From: an uncultured Candidatus Saccharibacteria bacterium
GTDB lineage: Bacteria > Patescibacteriota > Minisyncoccia > Phycocordibacterales > PALSA-1337
NCBI GenBank assembly: GCA_964367745.1
Contig: CAYIYK010000003.1
Location: forward strand, 10,248 to 74,247
DNA length: 64,000 nt
Direction of reading: 5' to 3'
Part shown: one piece after another, positions 10,884-20,724 of the stretch
Numbering within the stretch: position 1 is the stretch's first letter
How the letters are laid out: the number at the start of each line of letters is the position of its first letter
Position numbers and translations under genes: made by a program
Notes under the pieces: generated by a model
Seen by the model: the letters and a program-made list of their open reading frames with translations, nothing else
What the model was told of the DNA's origin: nothing
The model's database searches: none

Positions 10884-11114
10884 ATGAAGACGATCGCCTC
10901 TATACTACCGTACATACAGATTGTACTTGCTGTAATACTTTTAACAGCAATACTTCTTCAAAGAACTGGAGCACAAATCGGTGGTGCTTTTGGTGGTAGT
11001 GACAATTTTAGTTCTGCATTCCACACAAGACGGGGCTTCGAAAAACAACTCTTCATTGTAACAATCATAGTTGCAATACTCTTTGCAATTTCAGCGCTTT
11101 TGAGTCTTATTTAA
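10884..11114 (+). CDS. secG: Preprotein translocase subunit SecG
   Basis: 76 aa with two TM helices and the loop LLQRTGAQIGGAFGGS, typical of SecG. Confidence 0.75.
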   Translation: MKTIASILPYIQIVLAVILLTAILLQRTGAQIGGAFGGSDNFSSAFHTRRGFEKQLFIVTIIVAILFAISALLSLI

Positions 11115-11138
11115 CATTGACTAAAATCTATACATTAT

Positions 11139-12881
11139 ATGAAAGAGTTTCGCTTTAAAGGAAGTGAGAAACTTCTAGCTACTATTCATGCTTTTTCGGC
11201 CACAGAAAAGGTAGTTTTCACTTTTTTAACTATTGTTGCTTTGATCAGTTCACTTTCACTAGCTTGGAAAGTTAATTCTCTATTCCTTATACCTGTACCA
11301 GCTCATGGCGGTTCATTCTCTGAAGGCATGGTTGGATTACCACGATCTATAAACCCTGTTTTGGCTTTTACAGAAACCGACAAGAATCTTTCAAACCTTA
11401 TATATTCTGGTCTAATGAAATTCAATGGAAATGAAATAGTAAAGGATATCGCTGAATCATGTACAGTATCTGAAGATGGTTTGGTCTATGATTTTAAAAT
11501 TGGAGATAATGTGCGATTCCACGATGGAACTCAACTAACAACTGACGATATAGAATTTACAATACAAAAAATACAAGACAATGAAATAAAGAGTCCAAAA
11601 TATGTTGATTGGGCGAGTGTAATAGTTAAAAAGATCAGTCCTACTGAAATACAATTTATACTAAGACAACCTTATGCACCTTTTCTTTCAAATACAACTA
11701 TAGGTATCATTCCAAAGAATATTTGGAAAAATCAAAGTTCAGAACAATTTATTTTTAATCAAAAAAACCTTGAACCTATAGGTTCTGGACCATATAAAGT
11801 GAATAATATTGTAAAGGATAAGGCTGGCACTCCTACTCAGTATTCCCTTTCTTCATTTAATAAATATCACAGTGGAGAAGCATATATTTCAAATATAAAT
11901 ATATTCTTCTATCAAAACGAGGATATGGCTATTGATGCATTCAAATCTGGAACAATACAAAACTTCGCAGGAGTCTCGCCTCAGAAGTCATATGAAATAT
12001 CTTCATCTACACAAAGTGTAAATATAATACACAATCCACTTCCTAGAATTTTTGGAGTATTTTTTAATCAAAATAATTCACCAGTATTGGCGAATAAAGA
12101 AGTGAGACAAGCTTTGAATATGGTAGTAGATAAAGATGCAATCATCGAAAAAGCACTTTATGGATATGCGGTAAATATCGATAGTCCAATACCACTAGAC
12201 GATGCAAGTAGTACAATCAAAAAAGAAAAACTAGATGTAGATAAAAATATTCAACTAGCAAAAGATCTATTATCAAAATCTGGTTGGGCAATAAATGAAA
12301 ATGGAATTCTTGAAAAAAAGACAAAAACAGTAAAACAAACTCTTGAACTATCTATATCAACCGCCGATTCTACAGATTTGAAACTGATTGCAGAAATGAT
12401 AAAGAAAAGTTGGGAAGAACTAGGAGCGAAGGTAACGGTCAAGGTTTATGAATTCGGAGATCTATCACAAAACATCATAAAAACTAGAAAATATGATGCA
12501 TTACTTTTTGGTGAAATAATAAATAAAGACCTAGATTTGTATGCATTCTGGCATTCATCACAAAGGAATTCTCCAGGATTGAATGTATCAATGTATGTAA
12601 ATAGTAAAGCAGACAAAATACTAGAGGATGCAAGGACATCATTTGATGACAAAGCGAGAGATACCCTTTATAAATCTTTCGAAGAAATAATAAAAGATGA
12701 TGTACCAGCAATATTCCTTTATTCCCCAGAATATCTATACATGATGTCAAAAGAGATAAATGGATACGACATGAAAACAATATCAAGCCCATCAGACAGA
12801 TTCTCAAATATAGACAAATGGTATATCAAGACAGACAAGGTATGGGAGATATTCGTCAAAAATACAAAAACAAATAAATAA
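11139..12881 (+). CDS. Family-5 (peptide/nickel type) ABC substrate-binding protein, membrane-anchored; orphan
   Basis: 580 aa with an N-terminal TM. VRFHDGTQLTTDDIEFT is the family-5 SBP hallmark. No permease or ATPase gene is adjacent. Confidence 0.8.
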   Translation: MKEFRFKGSEKLLATIHAFSATEKVVFTFLTIVALISSLSLAWKVNSLFLIPVPAHGGSFSEGMVGLPRSINPVLAFTETDKNLSNLIYSGLMKFNGNEIVKDIAESCTVSEDGLVYDFKIGDNVRFHDGTQLTTDDIEFTIQKIQDNEIKSPKYVDWASVIVKKISPTEIQFILRQPYAPFLSNTTIGIIPKNIWKNQSSEQFIFNQKNLEPIGSGPYKVNNIVKDKAGTPTQYSLSSFNKYHSGEAYISNINIFFYQNEDMAIDAFKSGTIQNFAGVSPQKSYEISSSTQSVNIIHNPLPRIFGVFFNQNNSPVLANKEVRQALNMVVDKDAIIEKALYGYAVNIDSPIPLDDASSTIKKEKLDVDKNIQLAKDLLSKSGWAINENGILEKKTKTVKQTLELSISTADSTDLKLIAEMIKKSWEELGAKVTVKVYEFGDLSQNIIKTRKYDALLFGEIINKDLDLYAFWHSSQRNSPGLNVSMYVNSKADKILEDARTSFDDKARDTLYKSFEEIIKDDVPAIFLYSPEYLYMMSKEINGYDMKTISSPSDRFSNIDKWYIKTDKVWEIFVKNTKTNK

Positions 12882-12889
12882 TTAATAAA

Positions 12890-14791
12890 ATGGAAAACAC
12901 AAAAACAAATACAAACACAACAGCAAATACGAATGCGAACACAAATACAACTGCAAGTACAAACACGCATGCAGGAACTGGTCATGCCAGAGGTTCACAT
13001 TCAGGTCATAGTCCTAGACGACCCGTATCTAGATCACATGGAATGAGACCAGCTCGTCCACCTGATGCTACACAAATGCATAAAAAAGTTGAGGACACTG
13101 TCCCGGCTTTGGCTCCAAACTCTATCCGTATAATTCCGCTTGGAGGTGTGGAGGAAATTGGTAAGAACATGACTATGGTTGAATATGGAAACGATATAAT
13201 CATTATCGATATAGGTTTCCAATTCAAAGATGAGAATACTCCTGGAATCGATTATATTCTTCCGAACACAAAGTATCTTGAAGAAAGAAAGGATAAAATA
13301 AGAGCTGTGATAATAACTCACGGTCACCTAGACCACATAGGTGGTATTCCTTATGTAATGCCAAGAATTGGTAATCCACCACTATATACAAGAATGCTTA
13401 CTTCAGTAATGGTGAAAAAGCGTCAAGAAGAATTTACTCATGTTCCACCTCTAGATATAAAAATAGTGGAAAAAGACGAAACAATATCATTGGGTGCTTT
13501 GAAAGTGAAATTCTTCGCTGTAACTCACACTATTCCAGATGCTATGGGAGTTGTTATACAAACTCCATTTGGTTCAGTAGTACACACCGGTGACCTAAAA
13601 CTAGATCACGTAGAAGGAATACCAACTGAAGCAGAAGAAGCTGAATACGATAGGGTTTTCAAGAATGAAAAAGTATTACTTCTAATGGCTGATTCTACAA
13701 ACGTAGAAAATCCTGGTTTCTCAATGCCAGAAAAAACAGTTCATAAAAATATTGAAGAAATAATCAAGAATACAAAAGGTAGATTGATCATTGCAACATT
13801 CGCTTCCCTACTAGAAAGAATGCTAAAGATTATAGAATTCTCAGAAAAATATGGAAAGAAAGTGGTTGTGGAAGGACGAAGTATGAAAACAAATATCGAG
13901 ATTTGTATGAATCTTGGTCTTTTGAAACCTAAAAAAGATACTTTGATCACAGTTGAAGAAATAGATAACTTCCCTCCTGAGAGAATCGTAGTTCTAGCAA
14001 CTGGGGCTCAAGGCGATGAATTCGCAGCGATGATGAGAATGTCTAATAAGACTCACAAATATATTAAGATAAATAAAAGAGATACTATTCTTCTTTCTTC
14101 ATCTATCGTTCCAGGGAATGAAAGAGCAGTTCAAAAACTAAAAGACAATCTTTCAAGACAAGGAGCTAGTATTATTCACTACAGAATTGCTGATGTTCAC
14201 TCTTCAGGACATGCAAACCATGATGAAACAGCTTGGATACATAAGAAAATAAATGCCAAGTTCTTCATACCAGTTCACGGTTATCACTATATGTTGAGAG
14301 TGCACGGTGAAATAGCAAAAGAAACAAATGGACTAACTGAAGATCAAATAGTAATCCCTGACAATGGTTCTATCATCGAGATACAAGATGGTGGTGCAAA
14401 GATAGTTAAAATAAAAGAAAAGGCACCATCTGGTATCGTTATGGTTGATGGATTCTCAGTTGGAGATATACAGGATGTTGTTATACGTGATAGACAAATG
14501 CTTGCTCAAGACGGAATCTTCATTGTCTTTGCAATTATAAATTCTCAAACAGGTAAACTAAAGAAATCACCGGATATTATATCTAGAGGATTCGTTTATC
14601 TAAGAGAATCACAAGAACTTCTACATCACACAAGAATAATAATCAAAAATACAATTGATGAATCTACAAAAGGAATGAATCCTATAAACATAGACTTCGT
14701 CAAAACAAGTATTAGTGATAATGTAAGTAAATTCCTACTTCAAAAGACTGCTAAAAGACCTATAGTTATCCCAGTATTACTGACTATTTAA
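12890..14791 (+). CDS. rnj: Ribonuclease J with a ~75-aa low-complexity basic N-terminal extension
   Basis: IRIIPLGGVEEIGKNM, ITHGHLDHIGG (metallo-beta-lactamase motif), beta-CASP and HSSGHA are present. Alternative starts are at M52 (13043) and M63 (13076). Confidence 0.9.
   Translation: MENTKTNTNTTANTNANTNTTASTNTHAGTGHARGSHSGHSPRRPVSRSHGMRPARPPDATQMHKKVEDTVPALAPNSIRIIPLGGVEEIGKNMTMVEYGNDIIIIDIGFQFKDENTPGIDYILPNTKYLEERKDKIRAVIITHGHLDHIGGIPYVMPRIGNPPLYTRMLTSVMVKKRQEEFTHVPPLDIKIVEKDETISLGALKVKFFAVTHTIPDAMGVVIQTPFGSVVHTGDLKLDHVEGIPTEAEEAEYDRVFKNEKVLLLMADSTNVENPGFSMPEKTVHKNIEEIIKNTKGRLIIATFASLLERMLKIIEFSEKYGKKVVVEGRSMKTNIEICMNLGLLKPKKDTLITVEEIDNFPPERIVVLATGAQGDEFAAMMRMSNKTHKYIKINKRDTILLSSSIVPGNERAVQKLKDNLSRQGASIIHYRIADVHSSGHANHDETAWIHKKINAKFFIPVHGYHYMLRVHGEIAKETNGLTEDQIVIPDNGSIIEIQDGGAKIVKIKEKAPSGIVMVDGFSVGDIQDVVIRDRQMLAQDGIFIVFAIINSQTGKLKKSPDIISRGFVYLRESQELLHHTRIIIKNTIDESTKGMNPINIDFVKTSISDNVSKFLLQKTAKRPIVIPVLLTI
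12896..12967 (+). repeat. Imperfect ACAAAY hexanucleotide tract encoding (Thr-Asn)n
   Basis: aacacaaaaacaaatacaaacacaacagcaaatacgaatgcgaacacaaatacaactgcaagtacaaacacg encodes TKTNTNTTANTNANTNTTASTNT at the RNase J N-terminus. Confidence 0.7.
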
Positions 14792-14814
14792 ACTTGATGT
14801 TATAATTAACATCA

Positions 14815-15987
14815 ATGAAGCATCATCACAGTATAAAAAAAGCGAGTGCACTTTATAGTATAAGTGTAATCGCTTTTTTCCTTGCACTACATACAAGTAT
14901 TCCAACTTACTTTAACTCTAGCTTTCTATCAGGAATAACTGATGCAAAAACAGTGAGTATTGTATATTTGATAATATCTCTAACTACGATTGTGGGATTA
15001 TTATCTATGGATAGTGTTTTACATAGATTTGGTAATCTAAATACATCTATCGCTTTTATACTAGTTCAGATTTTTGTGTTCTACGGTTTGATAACATCAA
15101 CTTCCCCAAACACTTTGCTTTTCTTATTTATCATCGGTTCCAGTATGATTAGTTTAATTGGTTTTACTATCGATATTTTCCTCCAAAAAGGCACCGATTT
15201 AGGTCATACCGGAGGTATACGAGGTATGGTTATGACTGCGACAAATAGCGCATGGATACTTGGACCACTTCTTGGAGGTATGTTGGTTATTGGAAATAAT
15301 TATAAAGGAATATACATTGCTGGATTCGCTCTACTTTTCCCGCTTATATACTTGGTACATAGAAACTTCAAAGATTTTAAAGATTCACACTATGTTCAGG
15401 TCTCAGCCAGACAAACATTCCTAAAGATCCTTAGAGACAAAGACATCAGTAAGATCTTTATAATCAACATTGTATTGCAGACTTTTTATGCGTGGATGAT
15501 AGTCTATACCCCGATGTACCTTCATGAATATATAAAGTTTGATTGGAGTGAAATAAGTGTGATCTTTACTATAATGCTAATACCATTCGTACTTGTTCAA
15601 CTTCCTCTTGGTAAACTTGCTGATAAAAAGTGGGGTGAAAAAGAGTTGTTGGCAATCGGTTTTACAATCATTGGTATGACAACTGCGTCTTTAGTATTTT
15701 TTGATACAAAAAGCATTATGATTTGGTCTATCGCTCTTTTCTTAACACGTATTGGTGCGGCAACTGCAGAGATTATGATTGAGACTTATTTTTTCAAGAA
15801 AACTGATAAAAGAGATCCTGAAGTCTTGAGTATGTTTAGAATAACAAGACCATTGTCATATTTTATTGCGCCAATCATTACAACAGTCGGTCTTTCATAT
15901 ACAACTCAACCTTATTTATTTGTTATTTTAGGAGTTATCTGTCTATTGACCCTTTATCCTATTCTAAATATTAGAGATACGAACTAA
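14815..15987 (+). CDS. MFS transporter
   Basis: 390 aa and hydrophobic throughout, in two six-helix halves. The substrate is unknown. Confidence 0.75.
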   Translation: MKHHHSIKKASALYSISVIAFFLALHTSIPTYFNSSFLSGITDAKTVSIVYLIISLTTIVGLLSMDSVLHRFGNLNTSIAFILVQIFVFYGLITSTSPNTLLFLFIIGSSMISLIGFTIDIFLQKGTDLGHTGGIRGMVMTATNSAWILGPLLGGMLVIGNNYKGIYIAGFALLFPLIYLVHRNFKDFKDSHYVQVSARQTFLKILRDKDISKIFIINIVLQTFYAWMIVYTPMYLHEYIKFDWSEISVIFTIMLIPFVLVQLPLGKLADKKWGEKELLAIGFTIIGMTTASLVFFDTKSIMIWSIALFLTRIGAATAEIMIETYFFKKTDKRDPEVLSMFRITRPLSYFIAPIITTVGLSYTTQPYLFVILGVICLLTLYPILNIRDTN

Positions 15988-16008
15988 TTTTTTTATCCTA
16001 TTTATTTT

Positions 16009-16037
16009 TTGCTTTCCCACCCAAACTCATATATAAT
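16009..16037 (+). promoter_or_regulatory. Sigma-70-type promoter for eno
   Basis: TTGCTT (16009..16014), a 17-nt spacer, then TATAAT (16032..16037). Confidence 0.5.
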
Positions 16038-16056
16038 TTCGCTACAAAATTATTAA

Positions 16057-17364
<1,308 letters not shown>

Positions 17365-17390
17365 TTATTTAAGATAAACAAAATAAAAAA

Positions 17391-17424
17391 TAACCTCCAG
17401 ATCTAGAATTTGGAGGTTATTTTT
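17391..17424. terminator. Bidirectional intrinsic terminator after eno
   Basis: A 9-bp stem TAACCTCCA (17391..17399) / TGGAGGTTA (17411..17419) is flanked by A-rich sequence upstream and a T-tract downstream. Confidence 0.8.
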
Positions 17425-17725
17425 ATGATTTCGACACAAACATTACATTTGTGTTGGCGCTGCAGGTGCTGGTGCAGCTGGCTTTGGTGTCTTTGCCATA
17501 TTATTCAAGTCACAGGTTGATTAGCTCCTGTGTGTACAAATTATACCGTCGTTTCAAGTCACTTGACCTTTCCCTCATTTAGTTGACATTGAGTCAAAAC
17601 GTTGGGTAAAAAAGCTATATAAAATGGTACTTTTTAGGTGTGGTGTAATGATTGGTGATATTAGAACATTTAGATCAAGTTTTGGCTATATATATTAAAC
17701 TGGATATGCCATAATCTTCAAAAAC

Positions 17726-17754
17726 TTGACAAGATTATCATGGTATGCTAAGCT
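17726..17754 (+). promoter_or_regulatory. Promoter with an extended -10, driving the small-RNA candidate
   Basis: TTGACA (17726..17731), a 17-nt spacer, then TGcTAAGCT (17746..17754). Confidence 0.45.
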
Positions 17755-17760
17755 GTTTGT

Positions 17761-17878
17761 TAGAAGATAGCTTTACACGTTGGGGGCTACTTTCGTCCAC
17801 AAGGACTATCCAACGGTGAGGAGTGAGAGAATCCAATAAACAACCGGCGCTAATTTCTCTCTGGGCGCCGGTTTTTTC
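17761..17878 (+). ncRNA. Candidate small non-coding RNA (~118 nt), family unknown
   Basis: It is bounded by the promoter above and a strong terminator. No ATG occurs in the transcript. An internal helix is predicted: CGTTGG (17779..17784) pairs with CCAACG (17810..17815), enclosing a GTCC-ACAA-GGAC hairpin. A purine-rich single-stranded stretch GGTGAGGAGTGAGAGAA follows. Confidence 0.3.
17842..17878. terminator. Intrinsic terminator; it ends the sRNA candidate on + and gpmA on -
   Basis: A 9-bp GC-rich stem AACCGGCGC (17842..17850) / GCGCCGGTT (17865..17873) is followed by TTTTTT on the + strand. Confidence 0.75.
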
Positions 17879-17896
17879 TTGCCTAAATCTTAAACA

Positions 17897-18610
17897 TTAT
17901 AACGCCTGCTCTACCCCACCCTCCATCAAATAATATCTCTTCAAAGGTTTTAGATTCTCATCTAGCTCATAGACTATCGGAACTGCATTCTTTATCTCAA
18001 TTCCAACTATCTCATCATCACTTACGTTATCTATATGCTTCACCATTGCTCTTATACTATTGTTACTTGCAGAAATTAGAACTCTTTTACCACTCTTTAT
18101 AGCTGGCACGATCTCTGATTCCCAATATGGCATTACTCTCTTGATAGTATCTTCTAGTGATTCACCTAGCGGCAATTCACTTTCTGACAGATCAGCATAC
18201 ATTGGATCATGTCCTGGATATCTAGGATCATCTTTTGTTAATTGAAGTGGCTTGTCACTAAAACTTCTTCTCCATTTGTGTACTTGTTCTGGTGAATACT
18301 TTGCACCAATATCAGCATGCTTTTGTCCCTGCAAAGCTCCATAATGTCTTTCATTTAATCTCCAAGAGTATTTTATTGGTAAATCATTTATACCAATTTC
18401 ATTTACTACAGTATTTAAAGTATCTTTTGCTCTTTTAAGAACTGAACAAAAGGCCAAATCAAAACCGAAACCTGCATTTTTTAGATTTTTACCTGCAACT
18501 TTGGCTTCCTCAACTCCCTTCTCTGTTAGATCAACGTCTGTCCAACCACAAAACATCTTTTCAATATTATAAACTGTCTGTCCGTGTCTTATTATTACTA
18601 ATTTATACAT
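17897..18610 (-). CDS. gpmA: 2,3-bisphosphoglycerate-dependent phosphoglycerate mutase
   Basis: LVIIRHGQTVYN ... FCGWTDVDLT ... ERHYGALQG. Confidence 0.9.
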   Translation of the reverse strand: MYKLVIIRHGQTVYNIEKMFCGWTDVDLTEKGVEEAKVAGKNLKNAGFGFDLAFCSVLKRAKDTLNTVVNEIGINDLPIKYSWRLNERHYGALQGQKHADIGAKYSPEQVHKWRRSFSDKPLQLTKDDPRYPGHDPMYADLSESELPLGESLEDTIKRVMPYWESEIVPAIKSGKRVLISASNNSIRAMVKHIDNVSDDEIVGIEIKNAVPIVYELDENLKPLKRYYLMEGGVEQAL

Positions 18611-18641
18611 AGACCGATATTATACAGTAAACGATATTTTA

Positions 18642-19925
18642 TTAAAAGTTATTTTTATCTTCAGCTTTTTTAAACAAAGCTAGTACGATACTTACATATT
18701 TTACAAGGAGGATAATAGAGGTTACCCAGAATAAACCAAAACCTATACCCGCAAGGACGTCCGATAACCAATGCACGCCGAGATATACCCTACTGAATGC
18801 AGTAAGAATTATAGACAATACACACAGTACAACCAATATTTCTCTAACTATCATTGATTTTACTTTTACAATAAAGAAATATATAAGGAGGGTGAAGAAA
18901 ATCGTTGATGCAACAGCATGTCCACTTGGGAAGCTATATCCTTTTACTAGAATAAAAGCATTCTCAGGTCTAATCCTTGTAACTATGTTTTTTATTATAA
19001 AAGTGAATACATAACCACCACCTAGTGAGAATATTGATATTAAAGAATAATAATAATTCTTTTTATGAATCAAATAAGCAATCAATACCAAACTAATTCC
19101 AGTAATAAGTGTTGGACTAAATATATTCGTAAATATAAGCATAAAATCTCTCAACACTTCAGATGAATGGATAAAGAAGAAATTGTTTACAAAAACATCT
19201 AGTTCAAGCAGAAAAACTTTATCTGTAATTGCATCTTGTAGTGTTTTAAAGAATAAATAAAGTCCAAACAGATTGAAACCTAGAGTAATTAGTTCGTATT
19301 TTGCGAATATATGGAATTGTTTATTTATAAATCTATAACCCCACACTATCAATATACCAATCAAGACTGCTATGAAAATATACTTACCCAATACCTTTGA
19401 CATTATGTGATAGCTAGCACCAAAAACATAACCTAGTAGGACTGATGTAATTGACCAGATAAAAACACCAATAAAATCCCAAATCCAGAATATTTTTGTA
19501 TGTATTCCACTCGCGCCGAGCATAAATGGTGTAAGTGTTCTTGTAATAGGGTTATACTTTCCGAAAATTATTGCTTTTGCTTTATGTTCCTTTACAAGTT
19601 TTAAGATTTTATCTAGATATTCCTTCTTAACAAAAAAATATGGACCTAATTTCTCTAGAAGAGATATACCGTACTTTTTTCCCAAAATAAAACCAATAAT
19701 ATCTCCTAGTAAAGCCCCAATACTTACTACAGGTATGACCACAAACAAATTTAATATACCTAATTTTGATAAGAAACCTGAAATAATTACAATAGTGTGT
19801 CCTGGAACGAATTGTCCAATTATTGGTATACCTTCTACAATGGTTATTAAGAAAAGAAGTAGGTAACCACCGTTTTCAACTATAGTCTGTAAGTTACTAG
19901 ATACTGAGTGAAGAAAATTATACAT
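18642..19925 (-). CDS. DedA-family membrane protein fused to a PAP2 (undecaprenyl-diphosphate-phosphatase-type) domain
   Basis: The N-terminal half has the DedA pattern (VEGIPIIGQFVPGHTIVIISGF ... GDIIGFILGKKYG ... FGKYNPITRTL). The C-terminal half has all three PAP2 motifs: KNIVTRIRP, SFPSGHA and SRVYLGVHWLSDV. Confidence 0.85.
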   Translation of the reverse strand: MYNFLHSVSSNLQTIVENGGYLLLFLITIVEGIPIIGQFVPGHTIVIISGFLSKLGILNLFVVIPVVSIGALLGDIIGFILGKKYGISLLEKLGPYFFVKKEYLDKILKLVKEHKAKAIIFGKYNPITRTLTPFMLGASGIHTKIFWIWDFIGVFIWSITSVLLGYVFGASYHIMSKVLGKYIFIAVLIGILIVWGYRFINKQFHIFAKYELITLGFNLFGLYLFFKTLQDAITDKVFLLELDVFVNNFFFIHSSEVLRDFMLIFTNIFSPTLITGISLVLIAYLIHKKNYYYSLISIFSLGGGYVFTFIIKNIVTRIRPENAFILVKGYSFPSGHAVASTIFFTLLIYFFIVKVKSMIVREILVVLCVLSIILTAFSRVYLGVHWLSDVLAGIGFGLFWVTSIILLVKYVSIVLALFKKAEDKNNF

Positions 19926-20055
19926 AGATTAGGTATTTAATAATTATAACACAAACGAGATAAATTCCTGATAAAATTTTTATAATAGATTTCCACAAAT
20001 AAATTTGATTTAGAGCCATAATTATTCAATAATCAAATCATAAAAATACAATATT

Positions 20056-20724
20056 ATGAAAATCCTGATTATTGAAGACGATGTAGATATTTCCAGTTTC
20101 ATAAAGGACAATCTTACAGAGAGTACATATTCAGTTGAAGTCGCAAAGGATGGACCTGATGGATCATTTCTGGCCAGAACAAATTATCACGATGTTATCA
20201 TAATGGATTATTCACTTCCTTCAAAAGACGGAGTTTTGGTTTGTGAAGAGATAAGATCATCAGGTGTTGAAACACCCATAATATTCCTAACCGTACATAC
20301 AGACGTCAAAAAGAAGGTTAAAGCATTAGAAAAAGGTGCGGATGACTATATGACTAAACCTTTCTCTATCGAAGAGTTAAAAGCGAGGATACAAGCTCTA
20401 GTGCGTAGACCTAGGAAAATCGAAAGTCCTGTACTGATAGTTGGAGACCTAGTTTTGGATACACACAAAAGAACAGTTAGAAGAGGTGAAACACCTATTT
20501 ATCTAACTAGAAAGACTTATGATCTATTGGAATATCTTATGAGGAATAAAGGTATAGTGCTTTCAAGGGGATCTATAATGGAATATGTATGGAACTCAGA
20601 TAGTGATCCATTCTCAAATACCATAGAAGCACATATCCTAAACCTCAGAAAGAAAATCAATGTTAGAGGTAAAAAGGATATACTAAAGAATATTCCAGGT
20701 AGAGGTTATATTATGGGGTCCTAA
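20056..20724 (+). CDS. OmpR/PhoB-family response regulator (receiver plus winged helix); no kinase nearby
   Basis: MKILIIEDD, IIMDYSLPSKDG, YMTKPF and a C-terminal wHTH (LTRKTYDLLEYLMRN ... GRGYIM). Confidence 0.9.
   Translation: MKILIIEDDVDISSFIKDNLTESTYSVEVAKDGPDGSFLARTNYHDVIIMDYSLPSKDGVLVCEEIRSSGVETPIIFLTVHTDVKKKVKALEKGADDYMTKPFSIEELKARIQALVRRPRKIESPVLIVGDLVLDTHKRTVRRGETPIYLTRKTYDLLEYLMRNKGIVLSRGSIMEYVWNSDSDPFSNTIEAHILNLRKKINVRGKKDILKNIPGRGYIMGS

Noticed and set aside
14793-14815. A perfect 8-bp hairpin TTGATGTT-ataatt-AACATCAA bridging the rnj stop codon and the MFS start codon
   Set aside because: The stem is almost entirely A/T, there is no U-tract, and such hairpins arise easily in AT-rich spacers. 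The evidence is too weak to call a terminator or regulator.
17365-17896. A possible tRNA, SRP RNA, 6S RNA, tmRNA, riboswitch or CRISPR remnant in the only long spacer
   Set aside because: I found no cloverleaf or T-loop (GTTCRANYC), no SRP helix-8 GGAA/AGCA motif and no direct repeats with spacers. The candidate transcript is too short for 6S RNA, tmRNA or RNase P RNA. There is no downstream same-strand gene for a riboswitch. I kept it only as an unclassified sRNA candidate.
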